From the NCBI GenBank assembly GCA_965218585.1, contig CBDCLE010000026.1, forward strand, positions 1 to 64,000: a stretch of DNA of 64,000 nt, read 5' to 3'. The first letter of the stretch is position 1. Each line of letters opens with the position of its first letter. Below are positions 1-12,521 of the stretch, piece after piece. The DNA is from Terriglobia bacterium. GTDB taxonomy: Bacteria > Acidobacteriota > Terriglobia > 20CM-2-55-15. The translations under genes and the position numbers were made by a program. The notes beneath the pieces were generated by a model. The model did no database searches and had not been told where the DNA came from. It worked only from the letters and a program-made list of their open reading frames with translations.

Positions 1-1408
1 AGAGTGTAACCAAACGACGTTCGAATTTCACGGACTTCTTCAACGAAAAGTGAAGGCGCGTTTTGACGGCGGAAAGATCATCTCCGACGCTGGGGTTCTG
101 CTGTTGAGGGAAGTGGAAAAGCGAACGGGTCTGATCGCCGGACTGGCCGAGTGTTTCAGGGATTACCGGGACGCGAGGTTGATCGAACACACGGTGAGCG
201 AGTTATTGGGGCAGCGCGTCTACGGACTCTGTCTGGGCTACGAGGATCTGAACGATCATGACCAACTGCGGACCGATCCGATGCTGGCCGTGGCGGTGGA
301 TAAGGCCGATCCACTGGGGGAGAAGCGGCGGCAGGCCCGAGACCGGGGAAAAGCGTTGGCGGGCAAGTGTACGCTGAACCGGTTGGAACTGACCGGGGAG
401 CAAGTCGATGGGAAGGAGCGGTACAAGAAGATTGCCATGGACCCGGACAAGATCGACCGCTGGATGGTGGATGCATTTGTGGCGGCTCACGGATCGGCGC
501 CCGAGGAGATTGTTCTGGACCTGGATGCGACCGATGATCCGATCCATGGCCATCAGGAAGGACGGTTCTTTCACGGCTACTACGGCAACTACTGTTATCT
601 GCCGCTCTACATCTTTTCGGGAGAGCATCTGCTATGCGCCCGGTTGCGGTGCTCCAATGTCGACGGTGCGGACGGCGCCGTCGAGGAATTGAACCGCATC
701 ATCGGCCAGATCCGGCAGAGCTGGCCGGAGGTGTCGATTATCATCCGGGCCGACTCGGGCTTTTGCCGGGATGAATTGCTGAGTTGGTGCGAGGCCCACC
801 AGGTCGATTACGTGGTGGGTCTGGCCAAGAACGATCGGCTCAAGCGCGAGATCGCTGAATCGATGAGTCAGGCCGAAGCCGAGTTTAACGACACCGGGAA
901 ACCGGCGCGGGTGTTTAACGATTTCCGGTATCGCACTCGGAAGAGCTGGACCTGCACCCGACGCGTCATCGGCAAGGCCGAGTTCCTGGAGAAAGGCGCC
1001 AATCCTCGATTCGTTGTGACCTCACTGTCGCCGGAACGCCTGGACGCCCGCGCCCTCTATGAAGACTTTTACTGTGCGCGGGGCGACATGGAAAATCGCA
1101 TCAAGGAACAGCAGTTGGATCTATTCGCCGACCGGACCAGCGCGGCAACCATGCGCGCCAATCAACTCCGGCTCTATCTGTCCTCGGCCGCCTACATGCT
1201 CCTGCACGCGTTACGCCGTCTGGGACTGAAGAATACCGATCTGGCCCGCGCTCAGTGCCAGACGATCCGCTTGAAGCTCCTCAAGATCGGAGCTCAAGTC
1301 CGTCTGACGGTTCGCAACATCTGGATCTCCATGTCGGAAGCCTATCCCTACGCCGAGGTCTTTGCCCTCGTCCATCGAAACCTGCAGGCGCTTCCTCTGC
1401 GCTGCTGA
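1..1408 (+). CDS. IS1380-family DDE transposase (start 8 nt before window)
   Basis: LDLDATDD, IRADSGF and RGDMENRIKEQ motifs. Matches the 471-aa copy at 40307-41722 except KIIS vs KITS. Confidence 0.95.
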   Translation, partial: ECNQTTFEFHGLLQRKVKARFDGGKIISDAGVLLLREVEKRTGLIAGLAECFRDYRDARLIEHTVSELLGQRVYGLCLGYEDLNDHDQLRTDPMLAVAVDKADPLGEKRRQARDRGKALAGKCTLNRLELTGEQVDGKERYKKIAMDPDKIDRWMVDAFVAAHGSAPEEIVLDLDATDDPIHGHQEGRFFHGYYGNYCYLPLYIFSGEHLLCARLRCSNVDGADGAVEELNRIIGQIRQSWPEVSIIIRADSGFCRDELLSWCEAHQVDYVVGLAKNDRLKREIAESMSQAEAEFNDTGKPARVFNDFRYRTRKSWTCTRRVIGKAEFLEKGANPRFVVTSLSPERLDARALYEDFYCARGDMENRIKEQQLDLFADRTSAATMRANQLRLYLSSAAYMLLHALRRLGLKNTDLARAQCQTIRLKLLKIGAQVRLTVRNIWISMSEAYPYAEVFALVHRNLQALPLRC

Positions 1409-1633
1409 GAACCGACCCGATCCCCTGCGCCAAAATCGACTCGCTCTTTTCGGCTCCGCCGAGGTTTGTCTCAGTGCGTTTCGTCACCCTCTTCTGAACC
1501 CGAAAACGCAGCAACTCCCGCTTGTCGACACCGCCGAGTCACGCCACACATGCCCAATTCGAACCCAGATCCTCCCGAATCCGATTCTTACTGCCCAAAT
1601 CCCCCTGATCGCCGGACTGGTGAAACATGCGGG
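1..1633 (+). mobile_element. IS1380-family element, copy 1 (left end outside window)
   Basis: Near-identical to 40082-41818 in the opposite orientation. Ends in terminal IR GGTGAAACATGCGGG (1619-1633), followed by TTAG. Confidence 0.95.
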
Positions 1634-2849
1634 TTAGGGGCGTCTTTTTGGGATTGTCTTCGGGGCGGACACGATATCCACCGCGTTTTTGACGGACATG
1701 CTCCCGCAGGAGTTGATAGGTGTTCGGGTCGAGGATCCGGACGTGGAGAGTGTCCCACTGCACTTTGACCGTTCGTCCGATCCAACCGGGCGGTAAACCG
1801 TAATAGGCCGCTTCGACTTCCACACAACCGTCGAGATGGACGACACGCTGCCCGTACTTGTAGTAGCGGAAGGGTTCGATCGGCAGCCGCTTTAGCGACG
1901 GCTTCTCTTCAGCGAACATGGCCCCCACCTGCCGCTTGGTCGTGCCGTGGATGCGGGTGTCGGCCCACCGGTCCAGATACGCCTGAGCCTCCTCGAGGCT
2001 CTCGAAGCGCTGTCCCTTCAGTGGGGTCTTCTGGGCGTGTCCCACCCCGGACTCCACTTTCCCTTTGCGGTCTGGGTCGCGCACCCGGCATGGCAGGGCC
2101 ACCACGCCGTAGTGAGCCAGCACATCCCGGAACAGCGGATTCAGCGTGGGGTCGTAATACTCCGGGTCGATCACACCCTCGCGCAGGTTGTCCAGGATCA
2201 TGAGACGGGGACTGCCACCCAGGCGCCGGAACGCGGTCTCGTGCAGCTGGGCCCAGATAAGGGAACTGGATTTGAAGCTCAGCAACCGCACGGATTTGCG
2301 GCTGTAGCCCAGCGTCATCACGAACAGCCGGGTCCGCCGGTACTTGCCGGTCTTCGGATCCCGAACCATGGGTCCGGTTCCGTAGTCGACCTGGGCTTCT
2401 TCTCCAGGGTCGGTTTGGATGATGCCGACCGCTACGGGAGACCGCACGCCCCGGAGTTTGCGAACGAACCGCTTGACCGCTTCGTAGCTGCTGGCAAAGC
2501 CATGATCCGTAACCAGGTCCTGCCAGATCGCCATCGCGTTGCGGCCACGCTCCAGCGCCTGTTCGATCGTCTCCCGGTACGGCTCGCAGGAACTGCTCGA
2601 CGGTGGGCTCGACGACTCTGCCGGGACCGGATTCTCGGCCTCCGAGTCGGTGGTCACTTCGTTGGCCGGTTTTGCCGGTCGCCGGCCCCAGCTACCGGGC
2701 GGCCGTACGGGGATTCCGGCCGCTCTCAGATACCCACTGGCCGTCTCACGGCGAACGCCAGTGGTCTGTTCAATCCGACGCAGCGGCCATCCAAGCCGCC
2801 CCAATGCAACAACTTGTTCTCTCTTTTCTGTGCTCAAGACATTGCTCAT
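1634..2849 (-). pseudogene. istA: IS21 transposase IstA, 3'-truncated
   Basis: PGEEAQVDYG, ILDNL and RKGKVESGV motifs. The reading frame runs into the IS1380 end after ...KKTPL. Confidence 0.85.
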
Positions 2850-2949
2850 GCCGACGGAGATTACTCCGCCTGCTGTCAATGTCCCGGGCCTCTATCGTTG
2901 GCCGGTTTTCAGGTGACCACCATTGGCCGGTTTTGGGTGACCGCCGAGG
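1634..2949 (-). mobile_element. IS21-family element, left part only (truncated by IS1380; istB absent)
   Basis: istA-like ORF plus two tandem terminal repeats TTGGCCGGTTTT(CA/G)GGTGACC at 2898-2918 and 2923-2942. Confidence 0.85.
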
Positions 2950-2990
2950 GCGGTGGCTCCTCGCAGCCGTAGAACTCTGCGAATCGACTA

Positions 2991-3804
2991 AGGCGTGTTA
3001 ACACTAATGAGCATGAATGTTTTATAATCAGGCATGGAGATCACACAGGAGCAGTATTGTCGCATCGAGCCGGAACTGCCGCGTCAGCGGGGCAACGTCA
3101 GTCTTTCGAACCTGACGGTCTTGAACGCCATTTTGTATGTGGCTGAGCAGGGCTGCAAGTGGCGCGGTCTGCCCAAGCGCTTTGGCAACTGGCACACCAT
3201 CTACACCCGGATGAACCGCTGGTCCAAGAACGGGGTGCTCGACGCCGTCTTCGAAAAACTCCAGCGCGAGCAACTGGTGCGCATCCGGGTGGAAGCCGTT
3301 TCGATGGACTCGACCATTGTGAAGGTGCATCCCGACGGCACGGGAGCGTTAAAAAAAACGGTCCGCAAGCGATCGGCAAATCCCGCGGTGGATGGACCAC
3401 CAAGATTCATCTGGTTGCCGCGAATGCTCGAACGGCGATAACGTTTGCGCTCTCGCCCGGCCAAGCGCACGACGCCCCGCAGGGCCGCGATCTGCTCGCC
3501 GGCCTGGGGCCGTTGCCCGCGCCGCTGCCGCTGCTGATGGACCGTGCCTACCAGGACGACCAGACCCGCCAATTGGCTCTGGATTTTGGGTGGATTCCCG
3601 TCGTGCCGCCCAAGCGCAACCGCCTGGAGCCGTGGGAATACGACCGCGTGCTCTACCGCCGCAGGAACGAAGTCGAGAGGCTCTTCCGCCGACTCAAGGG
3701 TTTTCGGCGTATCTTCTCCCGTTTCGATAAACTCGACGTCATGTTCCTCGCCTTCCTTCACTTCGCACTCATCGTCGAGGCACTACGTTAGTGTTAATAC
3801 GCTC
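2991..3804 (+). mobile_element. IS5-family (IS427-like) element, 814 bp, TA duplication in a CTAG site
   Basis: IRs AGGCGTGTTAACACTAA / TTAGTGTTAATACGCTC with TA on both flanks. Removing it restores the AAA ORF frame (KIADLT-SRFAEFYGCEEP). Confidence 0.92.
3034..3791 (+). CDS. IS5-family transposase, two ORFs joined by a probable -1 frameshift
   Basis: ORF A has GCKWRGLP and SMDST. ORF B has SRGGWTTKIH, MDRAY and YRRRNEVERLF. An A8 run lies at 3351-3358. Confidence 0.9.
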
Positions 3805-4232
3805 TAGTTAAGTCGGCTATTTTCGACGGACTATTCTCAAGGTCCACGTAAAGCGTTCGCTTCGGCTCTTCCGGGCATTCATAGCGACCAAGAAACTTGA
3901 TGCCGCCAATCGCCAGCGCCATCTGAAGCTGTAAAGCGAATGGACTCTTACCAATTCCCCATCCACCGACTAGGATGCCCACAGAACGATCTGGAATGTA
4001 ATCTCCGACCAAGTAGCGCTTGTGCTTGTTCGCTATGCTGACGACCCGCTTCCAGTTGCACACCCCCATGTTCTTGAGCCAATTGGCGTCAAAAACGGCT
4101 TCCTCTGCCTCAAGAGTCGGGGCCGCTACGTGGTTATCTGCGGGCGCAGTCTCCGGTATGGCAAGGTCAAGGCTTTCCGAGACCTCTTGGAGAATCTTTT
4201 CTCCCTCGCTTTCTCGCCCTGTTGTCTGATGA

Positions 4233-4448
4233 CTATCGAAGTTCATTTCTCTCTCCCTCCAGGTCTACACCAGCCAAGTGAGCCTGGACGGTGTTTTGAT
4301 TTACGAAATCCTCTACATCTTCCTGCCGATACCGAACGAGCCGTCCGATCTTGACGAACCGGGGTCCCCGGCCTTCCCTGCGCCACCGACGTAGCGCTGA
4401 TTTAGTGCAGCAGAGAAGCTGGGCGACTTGTGTTTCGTTTAAGAGCAT
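4233..4448 (-). CDS. Excisionase/AlpA-like HTH protein (71 aa)
   Basis: MLLNETQVAQLL...RRWRREGRGPRFVKIGRLVRY; GGAGG RBS upstream of ATG 4448. Confidence 0.85.
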   Translation of the reverse strand: MLLNETQVAQLLCCTKSALRRWRREGRGPRFVKIGRLVRYRQEDVEDFVNQNTVQAHLAGVDLEGERNELR

Positions 4449-4801
4449 TGTTAAGACCTCCTGAATTGGGGGTTTTTCGGACATGCGTATAGTCGCACGT
4501 CTCGCGAAAACTCCTCCGGGCGCGCCGTGACAAGTTTCTGTCACATTTAGCGGGGAAGGCTTAGTCTTTCGCGGTCGAGAATCAGTGGCGAACGAGAAGG
4601 GTAGACGAGATGGCAAAAACCCGGCTGGGGTGGACGTGACAGCGTTTTGACACACGGGGCCCCGTCGCGGGAAGTGATGGGATGAGAGAATTGCGAGGTA
4701 GGCGAAAAGGGTTATTCCTCGTCGGGGTCCTCGGGAAACAGTTCCTCCATTGGAGCGAATCCGCTTAAGCCATAGGACGTAGCATGGGCAATGTTCTTAC
4801 G

Positions 4802-6166
4802 GAGGTCATTACAAAAGGTGTGTAAAAGTCATCAGGCGGCGGCCTTCGATTTCATCACGACTCTGATGCCGTCAGCGAATTGCTGACCATCATAGACCTC
4901 TTGTAAGAGTTCGGATCCTTTTAAGTGTCGCCAAGCCTTCTCAGCGACACGTAGTAGCTTCCAGATCATTGCCGTTGCATTCTCGACACGCTTGAATCGG
5001 CGAGCGGCGTTGGTGCGGAGGCGAACCATGTCGAAGGGCGACTCGACGATGTTGGTTGTTCTCAGATGCACCCAGTGTTGTTTCGGGAACTCATAGAAAG
5101 TAATCATCCGGTCCCAGTCCCGCAACAGCGTCTCACCCGCTTTGGGATAGTTCTTCTCATATCGGCGGACGAACTGATCCCGCTTTCGTTCGCAGGCCGC
5201 GCGGGAGTTCGCGAAGGCCATCCCATGAAGCAGCTGTCTGGCCGCGGGCTGCTCGGTCTTCGGCAGATGATCGACCACGTTGATCGACTTGTGGTTCCAG
5301 CAGCGTTGTTCCTGGCCCTGGGGCTGTTGCTCGGCCAGCGCGGACCAGATGCCCAGGTGACCGTCCGCGACAGTCAGTCGTCCCAGCTTCAGGCCCCGTC
5401 TCTGGAGATTGCGCAGAATGCGGCTCCAGGACTCCTTGCTTTCCCGCTGCCCGCTCTCACAGGCCAACAGCACTTTGCGCCCGTCTGACAAGGCTCCGAT
5501 GATCACCAGCAATGCCGCTCGCTCTTTCGCGATCCCCGCTTTCACGTACAAGCCGTCTGCCCACTGGTACACGACCTCGAGGCCGGACAGGTCCTGCTGG
5601 ACCCACTCGTCATACTCCAACTGCCAGGTCGATTTCAGTCGTTGGATCGATGCTCGCGACAACGGAGCGCCAGCGCCAAGCAGTCCGCGCATGGCCTGCT
5701 CGAAGTCCCCTGTGGCCAGACCGTGGAGGTAGAGATCGGGAAGTAGCTCGCCCAGCTGTTTCGATTTCCGTCGAAAATACGGCAGGATCTGACTCTCGAA
5801 CCGCTCGGCGGTGTTTCGAACCCGAGGTCGTCGAACCTCCATCGTACCGTTCATCATTGCGAAGCGTCGCGGCTTCCCGTGACCGTTCCGGTATCCTCGT
5901 CGATTCGGACTCCGCTCCAACTTTTCCCGACCCAGAAATTGAGTGACTTCGTCCTCGAGCAGCTCCTGTAGCCAGACTTGGACCCGGGATCGCGCCCAGT
6001 CCTCCAAACCTTCATACGCGTTCGTTGACGCCACTGATGCCGGTATGTCCTTCTTCTTCATGGGTGGTGTACCTTTCTCCCGATTGCTGCCGGGATTGCT
6101 TACGGTTCCGAATTCACCGAAAGCGTACACCGCCTTCTCTTTTTACACACCGATTGGAACGACCTC
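4802..6166 (-). mobile_element. IS256-family element #1, intact, 8-bp TSD TTCTTACG
   Basis: IRs GAGGTCATTACAAAAGGTGTGTAAAA / TTTTACACACCGATTGGAACGACCTC; TSD at 4794-4801 and 6167-6174. Confidence 0.95.
4832..6061 (-). CDS. IS256-family (mutator) transposase
   Basis: GYRNG, WADG, VADG, QRCWNHK and RTTNIVES motifs; likely start ATG 6061. Confidence 0.93.
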   Translation of the reverse strand: MKKKDIPASVASTNAYEGLEDWARSRVQVWLQELLEDEVTQFLGREKLERSPNRRGYRNGHGKPRRFAMMNGTMEVRRPRVRNTAERFESQILPYFRRKSKQLGELLPDLYLHGLATGDFEQAMRGLLGAGAPLSRASIQRLKSTWQLEYDEWVQQDLSGLEVVYQWADGLYVKAGIAKERAALLVIIGALSDGRKVLLACESGQRESKESWSRILRNLQRRGLKLGRLTVADGHLGIWSALAEQQPQGQEQRCWNHKSINVVDHLPKTEQPAARQLLHGMAFANSRAACERKRDQFVRRYEKNYPKAGETLLRDWDRMITFYEFPKQHWVHLRTTNIVESPFDMVRLRTNAARRFKRVENATAMIWKLLRVAEKAWRHLKGSELLQEVYDGQQFADGIRVVMKSKAAA

Positions 6167-6232
6167 TTCTTACGAGCAAAGTCACGTAGCACTTCCGGGT
6201 CGAATTCGTTCCATTCTTTGTTAGTCAGGTCC

Positions 6233-7368
6233 GGATTTCTGTGGAGTTATAACCGAATCTGGTGTTTAAGGGATTGAGGAAGAGCGGCGTATCTGGTTGA
6301 TTTGTTGTTTACCAGACTTCAAAGCAACCAAGGGAGATACGCCACTATGAGCAAGAGTAACGTGAATGGACCGGAGGGTCGAGAGACGATTGAGGATCCG
6401 ATAACAGAGCTACTACGAGTTGGAGCTCAGCAACTGATCCAACGCGCGGTGGAAACCGAATTGGCGGAACTGCTATCCCACCACGGCGATCGGAGAACCG
6501 AGACGGGCAACGCCGGGGTGGTGCGCAACGGTTATCTGCCTGAACGTGAACTGCAGACCGGTTTGGGGCCGGTAACGGTCCAGATCCCGAAAGTCCGAGC
6601 GAAGACTGGCGACCCGGTAACGTTCCGGTCGGCCCTGGTACCTCCCTACATTCGGAAAACGAAATCGCTGGAAGCAGCGGTGCCGTGGTTGTATTTGAAA
6701 GGCGTCTCCAGCGGCGAGATGGGTGACGCTCTAAAAGTTCTTGTCGGACCCCAGGCGCAGGGCCTGTCGGCGAGCACGGTATCGCGGTTGAAACAGGTCT
6801 GGGCCGAGCAGTACCGCCGGGGATGCGAGGAGCGATTGGATGCCGATCGCTGGGTCTATGTCTGGGCCGACGGTATCTACAGCGGACTGCGGGCCGAAGA
6901 AACCAAGTTGTGCGCACTGGTGGTGATCGGCGCGAATCAACGCGGAGAGAAACGTTTTCTGGCAATCGAAGACGGTGTCCGGGAATCGACACAGAGTTGG
7001 CGCGAGGTCTTGTTAAAGCTGAAGTCGCGTGGGATGAATATCCCGAAGTTGGCCATCGGAGACGGTGCGATGGGATTCTGGGCCGCACTGGAGGAAATCT
7101 ATCCCGAGACACGTCACCAACGTTGCTGGATGCACAAGACCATGAACGTACTGAACGGGCTCCCGAAGTCGGCCCAGGCGAAGGCGAAACAGGCTTTGCA
7201 CGCGATCTGGCGGGCTCAGACACAGGCAGACGCCGAGAAGGCATTCGATCTGTTCATTGAAACCTATGAGCCGAAGTATCCGAAAGCCACTCGCTGCCTC
7301 CAGAAAGACAAAGAAGAACTGCTGGCCTTCTTCAACTTCCCGGCCAAGCACTGGCAGAGCATCCGAAC
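6233..7368 (+). mobile_element. IS256-family element #2, 3'-truncated by IS3 (transposase from 6347)
   Basis: VRNGY, WADG, IGDG and HQRCWMHK motifs. The frame is cut at WQSIRT just before the catalytic Glu; left end approximate. Confidence 0.88.
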
Positions 7369-8681
<1,313 letters not shown>

Positions 8682-9162
8682 CATCAATGTCTTCGACAAG
8701 ACTCTTATAATCCGCCGAGACAATACGAAGACTGAGGCAGGGGCCAGGGTCATTCCCCTAAACCAATCCGCCATCTCTGTGCTGATGAAGCTTCGGTCAC
8801 GGGGAGAGTTGCTAGGGGGAGCCAATCCCGGACACCACGTTTTCCCTTCCTGTGAGCACGGACACGTTGACGTTTCAAGGCCCACAAAGGGTTGGCGGAC
8901 AGCATGGAGACGACTTACGGAGATTGCAAACTTGAAGGGCTTTCGCTTTCACGACCTCCGGCACCATGCCATCACGGAGCTTGCGGAGATGGGGCTCAGT
9001 GACCCGACCATCATGAGCATTGCTGGTCATGTATCGAGGCGCATGCTCGACCACTATTCCCACATTCGGCTCGACGCGAAGCGGCAAGCCCTAGACGCAC
9101 TCGACCGACCATCGAGAGACCAACCCTACAGTTCGCAAGCGGTTGGCGCGGAAGTGGTTTGA
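8682..9162 (+). pseudogene. Tyrosine integrase, C-terminal remnant
   Basis: KTEAG-R-IPL, RFHDLRH, IAGH and HYSH catalytic motifs; 5' part removed at the IS3 boundary. Confidence 0.9.
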
Positions 9163-9168
9163 GAAGCT

Positions 9169-9192
9169 ATGTCACAATCCGTGACACAATCC
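9169..9192 (+). repeat. 12-bp tandem direct repeat, putative integrase arm-type sites
   Basis: ATGTCACAATCC-GTGACACAATCC between the integrase stop and the tRNA 3' end. Confidence 0.6.
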
Positions 9193-9238
9193 CTCAATTC
9201 GGATGGATGCTCGATGTCTAACTCATTGAAAATACAAA

Positions 9239-9311
9239 TGGGATCGACCGGGCTCGAACCGATGACCTCCTGCGTGTGAAGCAGGCGCTCTTCCGACTGA
9301 GCTACGATCCC
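9239..9311 (-). tRNA. tRNA-Val (anticodon CAC), CCA not encoded
   Basis: GGGATCG acceptor stem, TAGCTCAGTCGGAAGAGC D-arm, CCTGC-TTCACAC-GCAGG anticodon arm and GGTTCGA T-loop. Confidence 0.97.
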
Positions 9312-9574
9312 TCAGGTAAGTAGCTATATTTTCTTATACTTATCGGAAGGCGTCAAGTCCAATGACCGTCTGTGTTTTATGCCTCAAAACACTCCAAAGA
9401 GGCCATTTACTCGAAGATCTCTATGATAAGGTCTTCGCTGTGCTGAACAATGTACGGGTTGAAGCTCCCGAACCTAGCCAAACGCAATCAGTATGAGGGG
9501 ACAGTCTCGCCTGTTTCCAGCTCCATCCCGTAGCCAAGGCCTGTTCCAATCCAGTTACAAAAACAGGGGGCGTT

Positions 9575-10657
9575 ATGGTTGATAAATCTTCCGTTATCGG
9601 TGCGCACCTGGTAGGAAGCGCTCCTGTGGAATCCGCTGAACAGATTTTCACACTGGCATCGACACATCTGGGCAAGCACCTCGGTCGTATCGGCGACGGT
9701 GAAATTGGTGAACGCGACACATGGATCCTTTTTCAAAAAGATCGTCTCAATCAATCGCCTCAATTGGAATCATCAACGCCTTCGATAAAACGTCGTTTCA
9801 TGATGTGGTTGGCATTTGCCAGGGGAGTGAAACTCTCGCCACCGGTTCAACTTAAAGAAGGGATAAGTGATCCGGATCAGATAGAACTACCGCCACTGGG
9901 ATATGCGAACGCTGCGCTGGAGTCCTATCGGAAATTCAGAGAGATGAAATCAGCAGGAACCATCCCAGCGCATATCCGTTTCATGGTAGGACTTCCGGCA
10001 ACGCTGGGTGTCGTGACCGCGATGGTGGTTGAAGCCTCTCGATCTAGCGTTTTGCCGGCCTACCACAAAAAAATGATGGCTGAACTGGAGCAGATATTAA
10101 GTGCGATTCCCCACGATCAGCTGTCGATCCAGTGGGAGACAGTCTTTGAAATCATGATCCTGGAGAAGCACAAGATGTGGAGATACCATGGCGAAAACGC
10201 CGAGGAACATATCCGTTCTCATCTGATTGAGTTGCTAGATAGTGTGCCTGAAGATGTGGAGTGTGGTTTTCATTTTTGTTATGGAGATGCGGGCCACAAA
10301 CACTTTATTGAACCTTCTAATACTGGCCTGGTAACAAAAATGGCAAACTGGATTAGTGCAAACAGCAAACGGTCACTCGACTTTTTGCACTTACCGGTTC
10401 CCAGGGATCGTGACGATAGCAGCTATTTCGAACCGCTAAACAACCTGAGTATCCCGGACTCCTGTCAGTTATATCTGGGACTGGTCCACCAGAGGGGTGG
10501 AGAAGAGGGAACGCAACGGCGTATCGACACTGCAAAGAAAACGATTAACAGAGCCTTTGGTGTTGCTACCGAATGTGGGTTAGCCAGACGCTCTCAGGAG
10601 TCATTGGTACCGTTATTGACACAACATCGACAGGTAGCGAGTCCAATTAGTAATTAG
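9575..10657 (+). CDS. Cobalamin-independent methionine synthase (MetE/UROD-like) single-domain protein
   Basis: HLVGS, DGE.GER, HFCYGD and ATECG Zn-ligand motifs. Confidence 0.7.
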   Translation: MVDKSSVIGAHLVGSAPVESAEQIFTLASTHLGKHLGRIGDGEIGERDTWILFQKDRLNQSPQLESSTPSIKRRFMMWLAFARGVKLSPPVQLKEGISDPDQIELPPLGYANAALESYRKFREMKSAGTIPAHIRFMVGLPATLGVVTAMVVEASRSSVLPAYHKKMMAELEQILSAIPHDQLSIQWETVFEIMILEKHKMWRYHGENAEEHIRSHLIELLDSVPEDVECGFHFCYGDAGHKHFIEPSNTGLVTKMANWISANSKRSLDFLHLPVPRDRDDSSYFEPLNNLSIPDSCQLYLGLVHQRGGEEGTQRRIDTAKKTINRAFGVATECGLARRSQESLVPLLTQHRQVASPISN

Positions 10658-10784
10658 ACTTTTGCGCGACGATTGTAGCCCGTCAGAGTAGCAGGACGAT
10701 ACCCGCCATTACGACTGAAATACCGACTTTCATCTCTCTAACCTCCTGGGATGATGCCTATCGCTGTCGTTCGGATCGTTCCGC

Positions 10785-11585
10785 CTATTCATCCGGATAC
10801 TTGGGCAGAAGCATGAGCATTGGAGCTGCCGCGGATACCGGATCGCAGTCCGTAATCCACCGGATCTCCTGATCCGTCCGTTCATATTCAAAAGTTTCTG
10901 TATAGGGCCGCGTCAGAAAAACAGGATCCTCTACAGTCAGGACCATCTTCAGACGGTCCGGCCCGATGAGTGAATAACGCTCGGTGAGGCGTTTGGCCCA
11001 GGAGGAGGGAACCTGTAGTTGATAATCCATTCCGTTGGGATCAAAGGTGAAGTTTCGAGTCTCGACGACCAGTTCATCGCCTTCATACCGGCCGATCGAA
11101 TGTCCGTAGTAGGCCACGTCGCCCGGGGGTGGATGGGGGCGCCCATCTGTCCAGAAAGTGCGGACGATCGTCGCCGCCAAAATCGCCTCCTGCTCGGTCA
11201 CCACGCTGTCCCCTCGCTGAGTTATCCGTACAGTCCCCCGCGCCAGATTGCTGGGGATGGACTCAGGCACACAATAGAACTTGCCCTCCACCGGTTCGTC
11301 CTGGAACGCGAGCCAGGCACGCGTTCTGGCATTGATATGGTCCCTCCAGTCAAACCTGCAGCCTCGACGCGGCAACTGCCGCTCATCTTCCTCGATCACG
11401 AAGAAAGGTCCGCATGCCGGTGGATTAGACCGCTCCACACTCCTCCAGGTCCCACTTATAGTCTTCTCAGCTGGTGGCCCTCCGCCACGGCCCCTCTGGG
11501 CCTCAAGAGGAAGCGGCCCAAGCAAGAGAACGCCGGTGATTCCGAGAAGCAAGGCAAAGGTGAGTCGTCGGATTATTCGGTTCAT
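10785..11585 (-). CDS. Secreted hypothetical protein, 'TDGRxH/GHSIGR' family (DUF6152 partner)
   Basis: Signal peptide; CVP, RTFWTDGRPHP, GHSIGRYEGDELVVET, VEDP and a C-terminal Cys. Confidence 0.8.
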   Translation of the reverse strand: MNRIIRRLTFALLLGITGVLLLGPLPLEAQRGRGGGPPAEKTISGTWRSVERSNPPACGPFFVIEEDERQLPRRGCRFDWRDHINARTRAWLAFQDEPVEGKFYCVPESIPSNLARGTVRITQRGDSVVTEQEAILAATIVRTFWTDGRPHPPPGDVAYYGHSIGRYEGDELVVETRNFTFDPNGMDYQLQVPSSWAKRLTERYSLIGPDRLKMVLTVEDPVFLTRPYTETFEYERTDQEIRWITDCDPVSAAAPMLMLLPKYPDE

Positions 11586-11932
11586 TCGATTTTCCCAAGT
11601 TCAATTCTAGTGTTGTAGATCCCCGATTGCGGCCGTGGGCCGTTGAAAGTCTCAACAATCGTTGATTCGATGGACGTTACTGTTCCCACGGAACATGGAA
11701 TGAAGTCAGCCTTCGTAGTGCTATTACGTTGCTCATGTTTGCTCCGTTACACCCTTGACTTCCGTCATATCGATTTTGACTTCGTTATTTGACGATATCG
11801 GATCTGAAGAAACTGAGCTCGACGCGGCAGTGGCATCGCGCCCCAACGCATTTGCAAGTTCTCCCTCAGTCAGTTTTGTTTCGTCTCAGAGATCGGCAAG
11901 CATGAGAGTCATCTGATTCTGCTTATCTCTCC

Positions 11933-12229
11933 TCAGGCGGCCGGAGCCTTGGGAATGTGTCTGAGCGTCGATTTCATCTTTCGTTGTGCTTCCCAGAGAT
12001 CGAACTGAGTCTGCATTCTCAGCCAAAGACCAGGACCATTTCCGATATAGTGTCCGATCCGTACAGCCATCTCCGCCGAGATGGGGCGTCGTTCGTTGAT
12101 GATGGCTGAGAGAATCTGTCTGCTGACGCCAAGGTCCTTAGCTGCCTGACTGATCGAAATCCCGAGTGCTTGCAGTTCTTCGCTCAGTAACCCGCCGGGG
12201 TGACTTGGTGAATGGAGCATAGTTGCCAC
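11933..12229 (-). CDS. higA: HigA antitoxin
   Basis: HPGGLL, HTH and ISAEMAVR...WLRMQTQFDLW motifs. Confidence 0.92.
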   Translation of the reverse strand: MATMLHSPSHPGGLLSEELQALGISISQAAKDLGVSRQILSAIINERRPISAEMAVRIGHYIGNGPGLWLRMQTQFDLWEAQRKMKSTLRHIPKAPAA

Positions 12230-12514
12230 CTAATGATATTGCTCAAGATCCAGGTCGTATACGGTCTCGGCCCTGAAGCGAAATGTCATCCGCCACGGCC
12301 CGTTGACCCAGATCGCAAATCGCCCTCTTTGCCGTCCCGCCAACTTGTGCACTCTCAGACTCGGCGTATTTAGGTCCTCTATATCGCGTGCTGCCTCAAG
12401 CGCTGCCATCCGATTCGCAATGCGGTTGGCGAGCATATGAGAGATCGATTTAGAGCGTCCTTTGTCGTAGAACTCTTTGAGGCCTTTGTGCCTGATGGAG
12501 TCCCTGTCGATCAC
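12230..12514 (-). CDS. higB: HigB (RelE-like) toxin
   Basis: IRHKGLKEFY, HKLAG, VNGPWRMTFRF and C-terminal YH; lies upstream of the antitoxin. Confidence 0.92.
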   Translation of the reverse strand: MIDRDSIRHKGLKEFYDKGRSKSISHMLANRIANRMAALEAARDIEDLNTPSLRVHKLAGRQRGRFAIWVNGPWRMTFRFRAETVYDLDLEQYH

Positions 12515-12521
12515 GCCATTG

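Larger units (their letters stand above)
2950..4246 (-). pseudogene. AAA_25/RepA-like ATPase, interrupted by IS5 and truncated by IS21
   Basis: Walker A GGWGIGKS and LYVDLEN motif. The frame continues at 2950-2990 beyond the IS5. Confidence 0.75.
4712..6232 (-). pseudogene. C-terminal fragment of a hypothetical gene split by IS256 #1 and cut by IS256 #2
   Basis: Joining 6175-6232 to 4712-4801 gives an open frame PDLTNKEWNEFDPEVLRDFARKNIAH...EDPDEE*. Confidence 0.5.
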
